Assembly: GCA_021797555.1 (NCBI GenBank)
Contig: JAJZZM010000015.1
Location: forward strand, 2,110 to 66,109
Direction: 5' to 3'
Length of the DNA: 64,000 nucleotides
From: Thermoplasmata archaeon
GTDB lineage: Archaea > Thermoplasmatota > Thermoplasmata > Thermoplasmatales > Thermoplasmataceae
Position 1 is the stretch's first letter. Each line of letters starts with the position of its first letter. The notes under the pieces are model-generated. The model saw only the letters and a list, made by a program, of their open reading frames with translations. It made no database searches and was not told the origin of the DNA. A program made the position numbers and the translations under genes. Positions 38,777-48,916 of the stretch are shown piece by piece.

Positions 38777-39961
38777 ATGGAACTTCAGGGCAGGATATTT
38801 GATGGAGAAAATATTATGGAAAATGGAAAAATATCAGTTTCGGTGGATACAGGAAAAATAGAATATGCTGAACAGGCCGCAGATGTTCCTAAAAGATATA
38901 GGGATGATAATATAACATTCCTTCCTGGGCTTATTGATACGCATATACATTTATTTGGAACACCGGAGCGGTCTCTGGAGGGCTGGGTACTGACATCAGA
39001 CGTTATTCTCACAGTCAATTCTCTAAAAGACCTTAAAAATTTAATAAATAGTGGTTTTACAACGGTCAGGACCATGGGAGATAAGGTATCACTGGAGCTC
39101 AGCAGAGCAGAAAAGCTTGGAATCATAGAATCGCCAAGAATAATCTCATCAGGCTATTCCATAGCGGAAACTGGAGGGGACGATGACCCAAAAATGTTTC
39201 CACTGGACTTTGCTGAAAAAATATCATATTCATATTACGCAGATGGACCATGGGAATGCATAAAAGCTGTAAGAAAAAATATAAGGGCAGGTGCAGAGTC
39301 AATAAAGGCATATGCATCAAGCAGTTTTGTTGGTGGTGGGTCGGTAAGGAATGAACTATCCGTTGAGGAATTGAGATCAATTTCCGGTGAGGCTAAAAAG
39401 TACGGTGTGCCATCGGCTGCACATGCATACGGCGCATCTGCGATTGAAAATGTTATTGAATCTGGATTTGCAAGTGTTGAACATGGCCTTGGATTAAATG
39501 AGGACCTTGCTGAAAGAATGGCTTCCGGAGGAATATTTTATACCCCAACCATGTCAGTATATAAAGCACAGAGGAAAAACTCAAGTGCATACAGAGATAG
39601 TTATATAAAAAGGCATCTTGAAAAGGAGGTTACAATAGCCGATAGTGTGGGTGTAAAAATAGTGGCCGGGACTGATTTTGTCGGAAGCACAGAAGAAAGG
39701 CATGGCAACAATTACCTGGAGGCCGTGTATCTGTCACAGGTTATAGGCAATTTAAAGGCGCTTAAAGCTTCAACATCCCTGGCTGCTGAATGCCTTGGCC
39801 TAACTGATAGGGGATATATAAAAAACGATTATGCTGCAGACATAATAGGCGTATATGGAAATCCCATGGAGGATATAAACTGCCTGAGGCCAGAAAAAGT
39901 AGCCCTCGTAATCAAGAATGGAAAAATATTAAAAAACAATACTGGCCGGTATTTCAATTAA
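38777..39961 (+). CDS. metal-dependent amidohydrolase
   Basis: PGLIDTHIHLFG (HxH), AHAYG and AGTDF motifs of the amidohydrolase superfamily. Confidence 0.8.
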   Translation: MELQGRIFDGENIMENGKISVSVDTGKIEYAEQAADVPKRYRDDNITFLPGLIDTHIHLFGTPERSLEGWVLTSDVILTVNSLKDLKNLINSGFTTVRTMGDKVSLELSRAEKLGIIESPRIISSGYSIAETGGDDDPKMFPLDFAEKISYSYYADGPWECIKAVRKNIRAGAESIKAYASSSFVGGGSVRNELSVEELRSISGEAKKYGVPSAAHAYGASAIENVIESGFASVEHGLGLNEDLAERMASGGIFYTPTMSVYKAQRKNSSAYRDSYIKRHLEKEVTIADSVGVKIVAGTDFVGSTEERHGNNYLEAVYLSQVIGNLKALKASTSLAAECLGLTDRGYIKNDYAADIIGVYGNPMEDINCLRPEKVALVIKNGKILKNNTGRYFN

Positions 39962-40098
39962 GCATGAAAATATAAACATTAAACTATATAATTGCCATGC
40001 AGTGAAATGTATTATTTTTTTATTTCAATGCTCCAGAGAATAATTCAGAGTTTATTATTTATAAAATATATAATTTATGCCTTCATAATGAAAATATA

Positions 40099-40243
40099 GT
40101 GAGATATTCGATACTAAAACATTGGGGCTTCCTGTTTCATGGACTATATATGCCTTAACATGGGGTTTATATTAAGTCCTTCCAAGGTACTGGTTCTGAG
40201 TCGCATCATAAATTCAGTAGCCTTCTTTCCGGTAGAATGATTT
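40099..40243 (-). mobile_element. 145-bp miniature derivative (left end fused to right end) of the tnpB element family
   Basis: The reverse complement reads aaatcattctaccggaaagaaggctactgaatttatgatgcgac... (compare IS left end aaatcaacataccagaaagaaagccactgagtttacgatgtgga) and ...ccttggaaggacttaa...catgttaagg...catgaaacaggaagcc...atatctcac (compare the IS right end). Confidence 0.6.
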
Positions 40244-40326
40244 TTAATACTCCCATATGCTGAGCCTGAAATTGAATTGTTTTTTCTTCCTGTAATATTA
40301 TATATATTTAAAAATTGTAAATTATT

Positions 40327-41007
40327 TCATGCTGTATTGTTTTCCTTTTCCGCATGTGATGCGGCAATGTAAATAAAAATAGGGGCAAGAAGAGCTGCAA
40401 ATGGTATTATATAAAGTATTGCCCCTACTTTTCCTATGCCCTGGTTATATTTTTCAGAAAAGTCAAATAAACCTATAATTAAATATATAATTCCGATAAG
40501 AGCCAGTATGCTGAATATTAAAACTATAATCAGTATTGCAAGCATGGCAATTAAAGCGCCAGAACCACTAAATGGTATGGCCCCTATCCTGGCTGCACCA
40601 AAATTAATTAACAGTAGCAATGCAAATACAGCAATCATAATAAAGAAAAATATAACAATATATTTTGAAAATGAATATGGGCCAGAAAATCTTTTATCCT
40701 CAACCATATAATATCCAAAACCTTTTCTATAATTTAATATGCTTATAATATAAAATATAAAAGATAAAAATCCAAATATTATGAATATAGCATATATAAT
40801 AGATGAATCTGATGTAATTCCAGGACTACTGGATAGGCCTGCATATAATTTAATCATTCCAGTAATGTCTGAAATAAATAAAAAATCGATAAAATATATA
40901 GGTATGCTGATAATTATGCCTATTATTCCGAATAGGGACCCTTTCTTTATGCTGGAAATACCTGATTTTGTTTTTTCGGTTGCATTTGTATCTGTATTAA
41001 TAGCCAT
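40327..41007 (-). CDS. polytopic membrane protein, unknown function
   Basis: 226 aa with about 6 hydrophobic segments. No motif recognised. Confidence 0.6.
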   Translation of the reverse strand: MAINTDTNATEKTKSGISSIKKGSLFGIIGIIISIPIYFIDFLFISDITGMIKLYAGLSSSPGITSDSSIIYAIFIIFGFLSFIFYIISILNYRKGFGYYMVEDKRFSGPYSFSKYIVIFFFIMIAVFALLLLINFGAARIGAIPFSGSGALIAMLAILIIVLIFSILALIGIIYLIIGLFDFSEKYNQGIGKVGAILYIIPFAALLAPIFIYIAASHAEKENNTA

Positions 41008-41125
41008 GGAGATTTATAAAACTATTGTATTTAAATATGTGTATTTTGTCCCGAAAATTATGTGTTGTGTAATGAATTCAGTTACTGTATGCTTTTTTAA
41101 TATATGCATTTAGTTTCTAACTGTA

Positions 41126-41359
41126 TTGCATTATAAATATTTCATGTATATACCAGGTAAAAATACAATCAAAGAATATCAACCCGGGATGAAGTTAAAT
41201 GATAAGAAAATAAAATATATAATCAGGAACAGGAGCGTATTACCAACACAGCTCTATAAAAAAATAAAAATATCTGTAAGGTATGTAAATTACATTTACA
41301 AAAAATATAAAGAGAACGGTGATTACATTATAGGCAGTAAAAGGAACAAACAGCAATGA
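41126..41359 (+). CDS. small HTH-like protein, possibly the N-terminal remnant of a transposase
   Basis: KLNDKKIKYIIRNRSVLPTQLYKKIKISVRYVNYIYKKYKENGDY looks like a transposase-type HTH. A second frame continues to about 41500 (IAFVKDIKDKYTLSD...). Confidence 0.3.
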   Translation: MHYKYFMYIPGKNTIKEYQPGMKLNDKKIKYIIRNRSVLPTQLYKKIKISVRYVNYIYKKYKENGDYIIGSKRNKQQ

Positions 41360-41805
41360 AATAGCCTTTGTTAAGGATATTAAGGATAAATACACATTAT
41401 CAGATAGTGATAATATAGTTACATCTACAATGGCATATAAATCTAAAATGGAAATATATAAATTTATTAAGTATATAAAGAAAATAATAACAGGATAACA
41501 CAATAAAAAACATTTAATACATGGTAATTATATTATAATATGGAAGGCACATTGGAAGAACAGTGCATATTCAATAGAAACGGTAAATGCTATTTTGTAG
41601 AATCAAATGTATCAAAATGCTCACTGTGCTTTAATTTCAAAACATTCCATATGTACGGCACAAAGAAAAAATCATACTATAACCTGTTTGATTATCTAAA
41701 GGAAAATAAATTAGATAGGGATCTATTCCCGGATGGCAATGATGAGCAGGATTCATTAAAAGATTTATAATAAATATTATATCATTATATTGCATTTGAA
41801 TTATA

Positions 41806-42144
41806 ATGTCCAGCAATACAGATCATTTCGCAAATAGAAGAACGTTTCTAGCGTGGATACGAACAGGAATAGCTCTGATGGGATTTGGCTTTGTCATAGC
41901 AAAATTCGAGATATTTTTGCATATACTTGTAAAGGAAAGCACATCATCATTGAATGATTCCCTTGTTGCAGGAGAAGTTATGATTGTCCTTGGAATGGTC
42001 ACAATAGCATATGGTTTATTTGAATTTCTGGCAAATGAAAGGGATTTAGATAATAATAAATACAATTCAAGAAAAACTGAAATTATAATATTCTGTTCAT
42101 TAATAATAGGCATGGCAATACTTTTATTATTGTTTATTCTATAA
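41806..42144 (+). CDS. DUF202 (YidH-like) membrane protein
   Basis: FANRRTFLAWIRTGIALMGFGFVIAKF is the DUF202 signature. The protein has three TM helices. Confidence 0.75.
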   Translation: MSSNTDHFANRRTFLAWIRTGIALMGFGFVIAKFEIFLHILVKESTSSLNDSLVAGEVMIVLGMVTIAYGLFEFLANERDLDNNKYNSRKTEIIIFCSLIIGMAILLLLFIL

Positions 42145-42154
42145 AATATAAAAA

Positions 42155-43183
42155 TTATTCTTTTGGCCTGCCTCTTAAAACTATTTCCCTGAGTTCTTTT
42201 CCAACCTGTTCTTCCAGTGAATTGTCAAGGTCCGACATTAAAGCCTCCAAGTGCTTGGAACCCTCGTCATATTCTTCTATCCATTCATCAGCAAATTTTC
42301 CGCTCTTTATTCTTTCTGCCTTTTCCATCATTCTTTTTCTTACATCATCGTTTATAACATATTTTCCAACCGTTAAACCACCATATTTTGCTGTATCAGA
42401 AACTGCCCTTAACATGCCGGATAAACCATTTTCATAGATCTGGTCTGTTATCAATTTCATTTCATTTATAGCCTCAAAATATGCCATTTCAGGCCTATAG
42501 CCTAAATCAACTATTGTATGGAATGTGGACCTTAGCATTTCTGTTAACCCGCCTACAAGGTCTAACTGTTCTCCCATTAAATCTGTTTCAGTTTCTTCCT
42601 TAAAAGTTGTTTCAAGGACTCCGGCCTTTGTCGCACCAAGGCCCTTTGCAATGGCAAGTGCTTTTTCCAGTGCTTTTCCAGAGTAATTGCTATCAACGCC
42701 TACCAGTACGGGAACACCGCCGCCCTTGACAAAAAATTCCCTTACTGATGGGCCGGGCGCTTTCGGTGCTGCCATATAAACATCCACATAGTCCGGTGGC
42801 TGTATTAACTTATAATGTATATTAAATCCATGCGCAAATACTAAATCCATGCCCTTTCTTAAAACAGGCCTGACCTTTTCATTATATATTTTTCTCTGAA
42901 CCATATCAGGAACCAGGAATATTACAATATCTGCATCCTTTAATGCCTCTTCTGTTTTCATGGGCTTAACACCGTCTTCAAGTGCTTTATGCCATGAATT
43001 GCCCTCCCTTTCAAGACCCAGCCTGACATTCAGGCCCGAATCAATTAAATTTAATACCCATGCCCTGCCCTGGCTTCCATAACCAAGTACAGCTATCTTT
43101 TTATCCTTCAAGTAACCTAAATCTGCATCATTCTCTGTATATACTTTACCAAGTACCTTGCTCAACCTTTTCACCCCATTCAT
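42155..43183 (-). CDS. ilvC: ketol-acid reductoisomerase
   Basis: GYGSQGRAWVLNLIDSG (NADPH site), class-I KARI length, and DLMGEQLDLVGG. Confidence 0.9.
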   Translation of the reverse strand: MNGVKRLSKVLGKVYTENDADLGYLKDKKIAVLGYGSQGRAWVLNLIDSGLNVRLGLEREGNSWHKALEDGVKPMKTEEALKDADIVIFLVPDMVQRKIYNEKVRPVLRKGMDLVFAHGFNIHYKLIQPPDYVDVYMAAPKAPGPSVREFFVKGGGVPVLVGVDSNYSGKALEKALAIAKGLGATKAGVLETTFKEETETDLMGEQLDLVGGLTEMLRSTFHTIVDLGYRPEMAYFEAINEMKLITDQIYENGLSGMLRAVSDTAKYGGLTVGKYVINDDVRKRMMEKAERIKSGKFADEWIEEYDEGSKHLEALMSDLDNSLEEQVGKELREIVLRGRPKE

Positions 43184-43475
43184 ACCTTTCGGAATTATTA
43201 TAATTTAATTCAAAATTTTTTAATTTATAATCATTTATTACTTCAACATAATCTATATCAACCATTTTGCTAAGTGTTAATATTGATAGGTCAACATTGC
43301 CCAAATTGTATTTATCGTATAATAATAAATATAATACACAGTTATTGCTTTCATCGCAGCTAACATTCATCCATTTTATGTCAACCCAGAATTTTCTGAA
43401 ATTTGCCGAAACTCTTTCCATTAATCCAGCATCTCTGTAATTTCCATTAATTTTTACTACTTTTTCTTGGGTCAC
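43146..43475 (-). CDS. ilvN: ACT-domain protein, probable acetolactate synthase small (regulatory) subunit
   Basis: Its position between ilvB and ilvC, overlapping both, together with an ACT-like pattern (VVKINGNYRDAGLMERVSANFRKFWVDIKWMNV...LSKMVDIDYVEV). The sequence is divergent. Confidence 0.5.
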   Translation of the reverse strand: MTQEKVVKINGNYRDAGLMERVSANFRKFWVDIKWMNVSCDESNNCVLYLLLYDKYNLGNVDLSILTLSKMVDIDYVEVINDYKLKNFELNYNNSERYEWGEKVEQGTW

Positions 43476-45165
43476 TTACTATCACCTCACTTAATTTTCC
43501 ACCTGGTGGCAGTGTTGGCAGTGCAAGCTCTTCCTTGCTTACAGGAACACGCAGCACCGATGGCACATTCTCTTTTATTGCCTTTCTTATATACTCATAT
43601 AAATCATTATAATTATGGACATCGTATGCATCTGCACCGAATGATTCCGCATATTTTACGATATTAGGAGAATTCCCATAATCAACTCCCACTATTCTTT
43701 TATCCTGGAACATATCCTGAACCTGCCTTACAAGCCCCAATGTCCTGTTGTCATTTACTATTGCTATTACAGGTATGTGTTCATCAACTGCAGTTGCTAA
43801 ATTATTTCCGGTCATCATAAATGAACCATCGCCATCGTAGTCTATTACAACCTTATCCGGCTTTCCTATTTTTGCTCCCATTGCGGACGGCAATCCAAAA
43901 CCCATCGTGCCCATTCCCGTTGATGAAAAGAATGACCTCGGCTCTAAATTCTCCCACTGTGTTTCCGCCCACATCTGATGCTGGCCAACCCCTGTTGTTA
44001 ATATTGTATCCCTGGGCACTGCCTCCCTTATTGTTTTTAATATTTTCCAGGGCTTTAAATGGCCATCATCCTCTGGATGAGAAAACTGTGAATAATATTC
44101 CTTTAATTCATTTATACGCTTTGTCCACTCATATAAATTACTCTTTCTGCCAAGTGCATATAATACATTTAATAATTCTTTCAATAATACTTTTGCATTT
44201 CCCTGCATTGTTAAATCAGGCCTTATTCCCTTGCTAAAATCGGTTGGGTCCATATTTACTGACATAAATATTTTTTTAGTATCACTCATTTCATTGTATG
44301 ATGTGAATGTTCTATCGCTGAATCTTGACCCAATTGCAAATAAAACATCTGATTCCAGCGCTGCCTTGCTTGCTTCGGCACGCCCATAGTATCCCATGGC
44401 ACCTATATAAAGGGGATAATCTGCGGGCATTGATGATTTTCCAGGCAATGTTGATACTACAGGGCATCCAAGGAATTCAGATAATTTGATTACCTCTTCA
44501 GTGGCATTTGCCCACGCAACCCCTGCTCCTACAAGTATTACCGGCCTTTCTGCGTTCAGCAGATTCAATGCTGTCTTTCTCAATGCATCCCTGTCTATAA
44601 TAGTCCTGAATGGTTTATAATGGGCATTTACATCATCAGGGTACTTTACATTGTCTATATCCTCCATCTGAATATCTCTTGGTATATCAACAACCACAGG
44701 TCCCGGCCTTCCTGTTGACGCAATATAAAATGCATTTTTTATCCATTGCGGTATTTCAGTAATGTCTTTTATTTCAACCGCATATTTTGATACTGGAAAA
44801 GACACGCCCAATGTATCCGATTCCTGGAATGATAATTTTCCCATCGAGGATCTATTGACACCACCTGCTATTGCAACAACCGGTGATGAATCCTGGTATG
44901 CCGTCACAAGGCCGGTAACAAGGTTGGTTACTCCGGGTCCAGCTGTTGCTGTACATACTCCGGGTATTCCGGTTGCACGCGCAAACCCATCGGCAGCATG
45001 TGCCGCAGCCTGCTCATGCCTCATCAATATATGCCTAAGCTCTCCATTTTCAAGGTCTTCATAGAAGGAATCGTACATGGGCATATTATATAAACCAGGT
45101 ATGCCAAAAATATTTTTGACTCCTTCCCTTTTCAAGGATTCTATAAGCAGTTTAGAACCCTTCAT
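43447..45165 (-). CDS. ilvB: acetolactate synthase large subunit (ThDP-dependent)
   Basis: The ThDP motif GDGSFMMTGNNLATAV plus N-terminal GIPGLYNMP...HEQAAAHAADGFARATG. Confidence 0.9.
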   Translation of the reverse strand: MKGSKLLIESLKREGVKNIFGIPGLYNMPMYDSFYEDLENGELRHILMRHEQAAAHAADGFARATGIPGVCTATAGPGVTNLVTGLVTAYQDSSPVVAIAGGVNRSSMGKLSFQESDTLGVSFPVSKYAVEIKDITEIPQWIKNAFYIASTGRPGPVVVDIPRDIQMEDIDNVKYPDDVNAHYKPFRTIIDRDALRKTALNLLNAERPVILVGAGVAWANATEEVIKLSEFLGCPVVSTLPGKSSMPADYPLYIGAMGYYGRAEASKAALESDVLFAIGSRFSDRTFTSYNEMSDTKKIFMSVNMDPTDFSKGIRPDLTMQGNAKVLLKELLNVLYALGRKSNLYEWTKRINELKEYYSQFSHPEDDGHLKPWKILKTIREAVPRDTILTTGVGQHQMWAETQWENLEPRSFFSSTGMGTMGFGLPSAMGAKIGKPDKVVIDYDGDGSFMMTGNNLATAVDEHIPVIAIVNDNRTLGLVRQVQDMFQDKRIVGVDYGNSPNIVKYAESFGADAYDVHNYNDLYEYIRKAIKENVPSVLRVPVSKEELALPTLPPGGKLSEVIVSDPRKSSKN

Positions 45166-45462
45166 AAAAACACCCCAAAAACTTTAAAACCCTTTATAGC
45201 TATTCCATTAACTCTTCTGTCAAAAAACACGCCACAGGTGTTAGATAAAACTTCTCACACTATTCATTTTTTTCACCTGCTTCATTTTATGCTTGGTAAA
45301 TACACTAAATGAAGTTAATAAAATGTAATACTTAATTTTATTTAAACGTTTTGTTTTAAAATTTATGCTTAATTCAGTTGCATAATCATCCAATTTGAGA
45401 ATTCCTATAATTGTCATAATAAAATAAAAAATTATATATATTATTATCACTTTTATTTAAAA

Positions 45463-47121
45463 ATGAAGAGATCTGATATAACTTATAGTGGGCCGGAAAG
45501 GGCGCCTAATAGATCATATATGAAGGCTATGGGATTAACTGATGATGATTTAAGTAAATATATTGTTGGCGTTGCAGCGGCATGGAATGAGGCAGGCCCA
45601 TGCAATATACACGTTTTATCTTTAGCAAATAATACAAAGGAGGGGATAAGGCATAATAATGGTACACCAAGGTTATTTGCAACACCTGTTGTTATCGATG
45701 GCGTTGCAATGGGAACAGAGGGAATGAAATATTCTTTAGTTAGCAGGGAATTAATAGCGAATACGGTAGAATCAACGGTAAATGCACACAATTATGATGG
45801 TTTTGCCGCAATATCAGGGTGCGATAAAACATCTCCGGGAATGATGATGGCAATGGCAAGGCTAAATATACCATCAATAGTTATGTATGGTGGAACTACA
45901 CTGCCGGGTCATTTTCATGGAAAAGAAATAGCGGTGGGCGATTTATTTGAGGCAGTTGGTTCATATTTAAATGGAAACATGTCAATGAGTGAATTAAAAT
46001 TAATGGAGGATAATGCAGTGCCCACCGCCGGATCATGTGGCGGATTATATACTGCTAATACAATGGCAATGATGACCGAGGTTTTGGGTTTGGCATTGCC
46101 GGGAAGTGCATCACCACCTGCTGTTGATGGTGCAAAGGTAAAATATGCATACGAAACTGGAAAATTAGTAATGGACCTGCTGGAAACTGATTTAAAGCCC
46201 AGGGATATATTGACAGAGGAATCATTCTATAATGCAATAACAGTTTTAATGGCTTCAGGAGGTTCAACAAACGCTGTTCTCCATTTATTGGCAATAGCAC
46301 ACGAGGCAGGCATAAAATTAAGCATGGATGATTTCGATAGAATATCAATGAAAATACCTGAAATAGTCAATATGAAGCCTTCAGGCGAATATGTGATGGC
46401 AGACCTTGATAAAATAGGCGGAGTACCTGTTTTAATGAAGATATTATTAGATCACAATTTATTAAACGGGGATCAGTTAACTGTAACAGGAAAAACAATA
46501 AAGGAAAATCTAAGGGATATAAAAGTAATGAACAAAGGCAATATAATATCAGATATAGAAAAACCATTAAATCCCTCGGGCGGAATAAGAATATTAAAGG
46601 GCAATTTAGCAACAGAAGGTTCAGTTTTTAAGATATCCGCATCAAGTGTAAAATACCATAAGGGCCCTGCTAAAGTTTTTGATTCTGAGGAGGATTCATT
46701 TAAGGCAATAAAAAATAGGGAAATCAACCCCGGCGATGTTGTTGTAATAAGGTATGAAGGACCAAAGGGCGGCCCGGGAATGAGGGAAATGCTATCCGTT
46801 ACCTCGGCGGTTATAGGCGAAGGCTTGGGTGATAAGGTAGCATTAATAACGGATGGCAGGTTCTCAGGTGCAACACGTGGCATCATGGTAGGCCATATAG
46901 CTCCTGAAGCAATGGATGGCGGTGCAATAGCAATAGTAAAAAACAATGATACAATAGAAATAGACGGAAACAATGGAAAAATCAATCTTTTAATCGATGA
47001 AAACGAATTAAACAATAGATTAAAAAACTGGAAAAAGCCCGATCCAAAACATAAAACTGGATTGTTATACCAGTATTCTAAATTAGTTTCATCATCATCC
47101 ATGGGTGCCGTTATGGAATAA
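45463..47121 (+). CDS. ilvD: dihydroxy-acid dehydratase
   Basis: [25 protein letters not shown] and [14 protein letters not shown]. Confidence 0.92.
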   Translation: MKRSDITYSGPERAPNRSYMKAMGLTDDDLSKYIVGVAAAWNEAGPCNIHVLSLANNTKEGIRHNNGTPRLFATPVVIDGVAMGTEGMKYSLVSRELIANTVESTVNAHNYDGFAAISGCDKTSPGMMMAMARLNIPSIVMYGGTTLPGHFHGKEIAVGDLFEAVGSYLNGNMSMSELKLMEDNAVPTAGSCGGLYTANTMAMMTEVLGLALPGSASPPAVDGAKVKYAYETGKLVMDLLETDLKPRDILTEESFYNAITVLMASGGSTNAVLHLLAIAHEAGIKLSMDDFDRISMKIPEIVNMKPSGEYVMADLDKIGGVPVLMKILLDHNLLNGDQLTVTGKTIKENLRDIKVMNKGNIISDIEKPLNPSGGIRILKGNLATEGSVFKISASSVKYHKGPAKVFDSEEDSFKAIKNREINPGDVVVIRYEGPKGGPGMREMLSVTSAVIGEGLGDKVALITDGRFSGATRGIMVGHIAPEAMDGGAIAIVKNNDTIEIDGNNGKINLLIDENELNNRLKNWKKPDPKHKTGLLYQYSKLVSSSSMGAVME

Positions 47122-47150
47122 TATCAAAAATACTTTATATTTTGCCATAA

Positions 47151-47411
47151 TTGGCTATAATGGATAGCAAAGAAGAAATGGAAAAAATAGGGGATAATAT
47201 AGAAAAGGAACTTGACACCTTCAGGCAGAGAACAGAAGATAATTTTAATGAAGTGTATAATAAATTAAACAACAAGAAATTAAGCGAAGAAAATGAAGAG
47301 AATTTATCACTTGCATTAACAATGATGGAATCTATTGGAATAGATATATTGCATTTATTAAGGGATTATGACGATTTGGTAGATTATTTAGAAATATTGA
47401 AAAAATTATAA
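47151..47411 (+). CDS. small acidic coiled-coil protein, unknown function
   Basis: 86-aa ORF that starts 30 nt after ilvD. No motif recognised. Confidence 0.4.
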   Translation: MAIMDSKEEMEKIGDNIEKELDTFRQRTEDNFNEVYNKLNNKKLSEENEENLSLALTMMESIGIDILHLLRDYDDLVDYLEILKKL

Positions 47412-47422
47412 ATTTTTATTAT

Positions 47423-48820
47423 TCATTCCTCACCGGTTTCATTCATTTTTTTATTATTGGTGTGTTCTGTAGGTTCCTTCCTGGCTATATGGGATGGTGG
47501 ATAGCCTGTAATATCAAGGCCAGCTTCTCCATGTATGGCCATATCTCCTATTATTAATTTATCCTCGGTTTCTCTTAATGGAATAAATTTTCCAATTAAC
47601 TTTAATAATCCGTATGTTAGGGCAAATACATAGAGTATCACTATAACAGCGGCAAATGCCTGTATTTCTAATTGATAGAAATTCCCATATAACGCACCCT
47701 TTAATCCCGGGTCAATATACTGGGTTACAATAGGGTCTGCAAAAATACCTGTTAATAAGCCTCCAAGAACACCAGCAACGGCATGCGATGAGAACACTCC
47801 CAAGGTATCATCTATCTTAAATTTCGGTTCTATTCTGTATAAAAATACCCATGGTATTATGCCTGTAGCCATTCCTATAACCATTGCACCATAAATATTT
47901 ACATAACCTGCTGCGGGAGTTATACCCACCAATCCCGATATTGCACCTATCGAAGCACCTATTAATGATGGTTTTTTGAAAAATTTCATATCCATGAACA
48001 TCCACGTTATCATGCTAACTGCAGTTGCCACATTTGTATTTATTATTGCTATGCCAGCATCCACCGTACTGCCATATGGGTCACCGCCATTGAAGCCATC
48101 CCAGCCCAGCCATATTAAGCCCAAGCCAAGCATTACCAGGGCAAGGTTATTAGCCTTCATTTTCATCTCTTCCTTTAATCTTGGCCCTATTGCCAGCGCA
48201 GCCGCTAAAGCACCTATGCCAGCATCAACATGTATTACATAGCCCCCTGAAAAGTCGACAGCACCTAATTGATTTAACCATCCACCGGCAAATAGCCAGT
48301 ATGCCACAGGGCTATAAACAATTAAAGACCATACAGGCACAAAAATCATCCACGCTTTAAAATTCATTCTTTCAAGTATACCACCCATTAAAAGTATAGG
48401 GGTTATGGCAGCAAAAACAAACTGGAAAAATATTATTGTTGCATTTGGTACGGTCAGTGCCGTTTTTAATGGGCCTATTATTGCCTGGCCACCTATAAAT
48501 GAACCTGATGCCGCCGGGAAAGGCACACCAAAAATATAATATCCATTTATTTCTAAGGAACTTGATGTACCAAATCCAAAATTATAACCTGCTATTACCC
48601 ATATTATAAGAACTGCCGCAAATGCATATAAAGCCATCATCATCGCATTTACCATGTATTTTCTTTTGGTTAAACCCGCATAATATAAAGCCAATCCCGG
48701 GATACTCTGTAAGCCCACAAGTGTTGCGGCCGTAAGCATCCATCCATTATTTCCGGTATTTAACCATGTATTGCTATCAGATTTTATTAAATAATATAAC
48801 ACCATGATATTAAATAACAT
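47423..48820 (-). CDS. amt: ammonium transporter
   Basis: [28 protein letters not shown] and [21 protein letters not shown] are Amt/Rh signatures. Confidence 0.9.
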   Translation of the reverse strand: MLFNIMVLYYLIKSDSNTWLNTGNNGWMLTAATLVGLQSIPGLALYYAGLTKRKYMVNAMMMALYAFAAVLIIWVIAGYNFGFGTSSSLEINGYYIFGVPFPAASGSFIGGQAIIGPLKTALTVPNATIIFFQFVFAAITPILLMGGILERMNFKAWMIFVPVWSLIVYSPVAYWLFAGGWLNQLGAVDFSGGYVIHVDAGIGALAAALAIGPRLKEEMKMKANNLALVMLGLGLIWLGWDGFNGGDPYGSTVDAGIAIINTNVATAVSMITWMFMDMKFFKKPSLIGASIGAISGLVGITPAAGYVNIYGAMVIGMATGIIPWVFLYRIEPKFKIDDTLGVFSSHAVAGVLGGLLTGIFADPIVTQYIDPGLKGALYGNFYQLEIQAFAAVIVILYVFALTYGLLKLIGKFIPLRETEDKLIIGDMAIHGEAGLDITGYPPSHIARKEPTEHTNNKKMNETGEE

Positions 48821-48916
48821 GGAAATAATTAATACACCTTTATTAATATATATTTTTGTAATTTTTCTGTTATTTATTTTAATTTTAAGTTATTATTTGA
48901 ATAAAAATTTAACTTT

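Noticed and set aside
45241-45450. 69-aa minus-strand ORF in the ilvB/ilvD divergent promoter region, plus a 5-bp-arm hairpin at 45226-45242
   Set aside because: The ORF is Ile/Lys/Phe-rich with no support. The hairpin is too short to call as a regulatory element without comparative data.
46473-47102. 209-aa minus-strand ORF inside ilvD, and similar ORFs inside ilvB, fdhA, glgX and the GOGAT genes
   Set aside because: These are antisense shadows of strongly supported enzymes. They have no start context and no recognisable motifs.
47151-47411. Checked whether the small gene next to amt is the usual PII/GlnK partner
   Set aside because: It is on the opposite strand, acidic and coiled-coil, and lacks PII motifs. 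The absence of glnK beside amt is noted but is not informative by itself.
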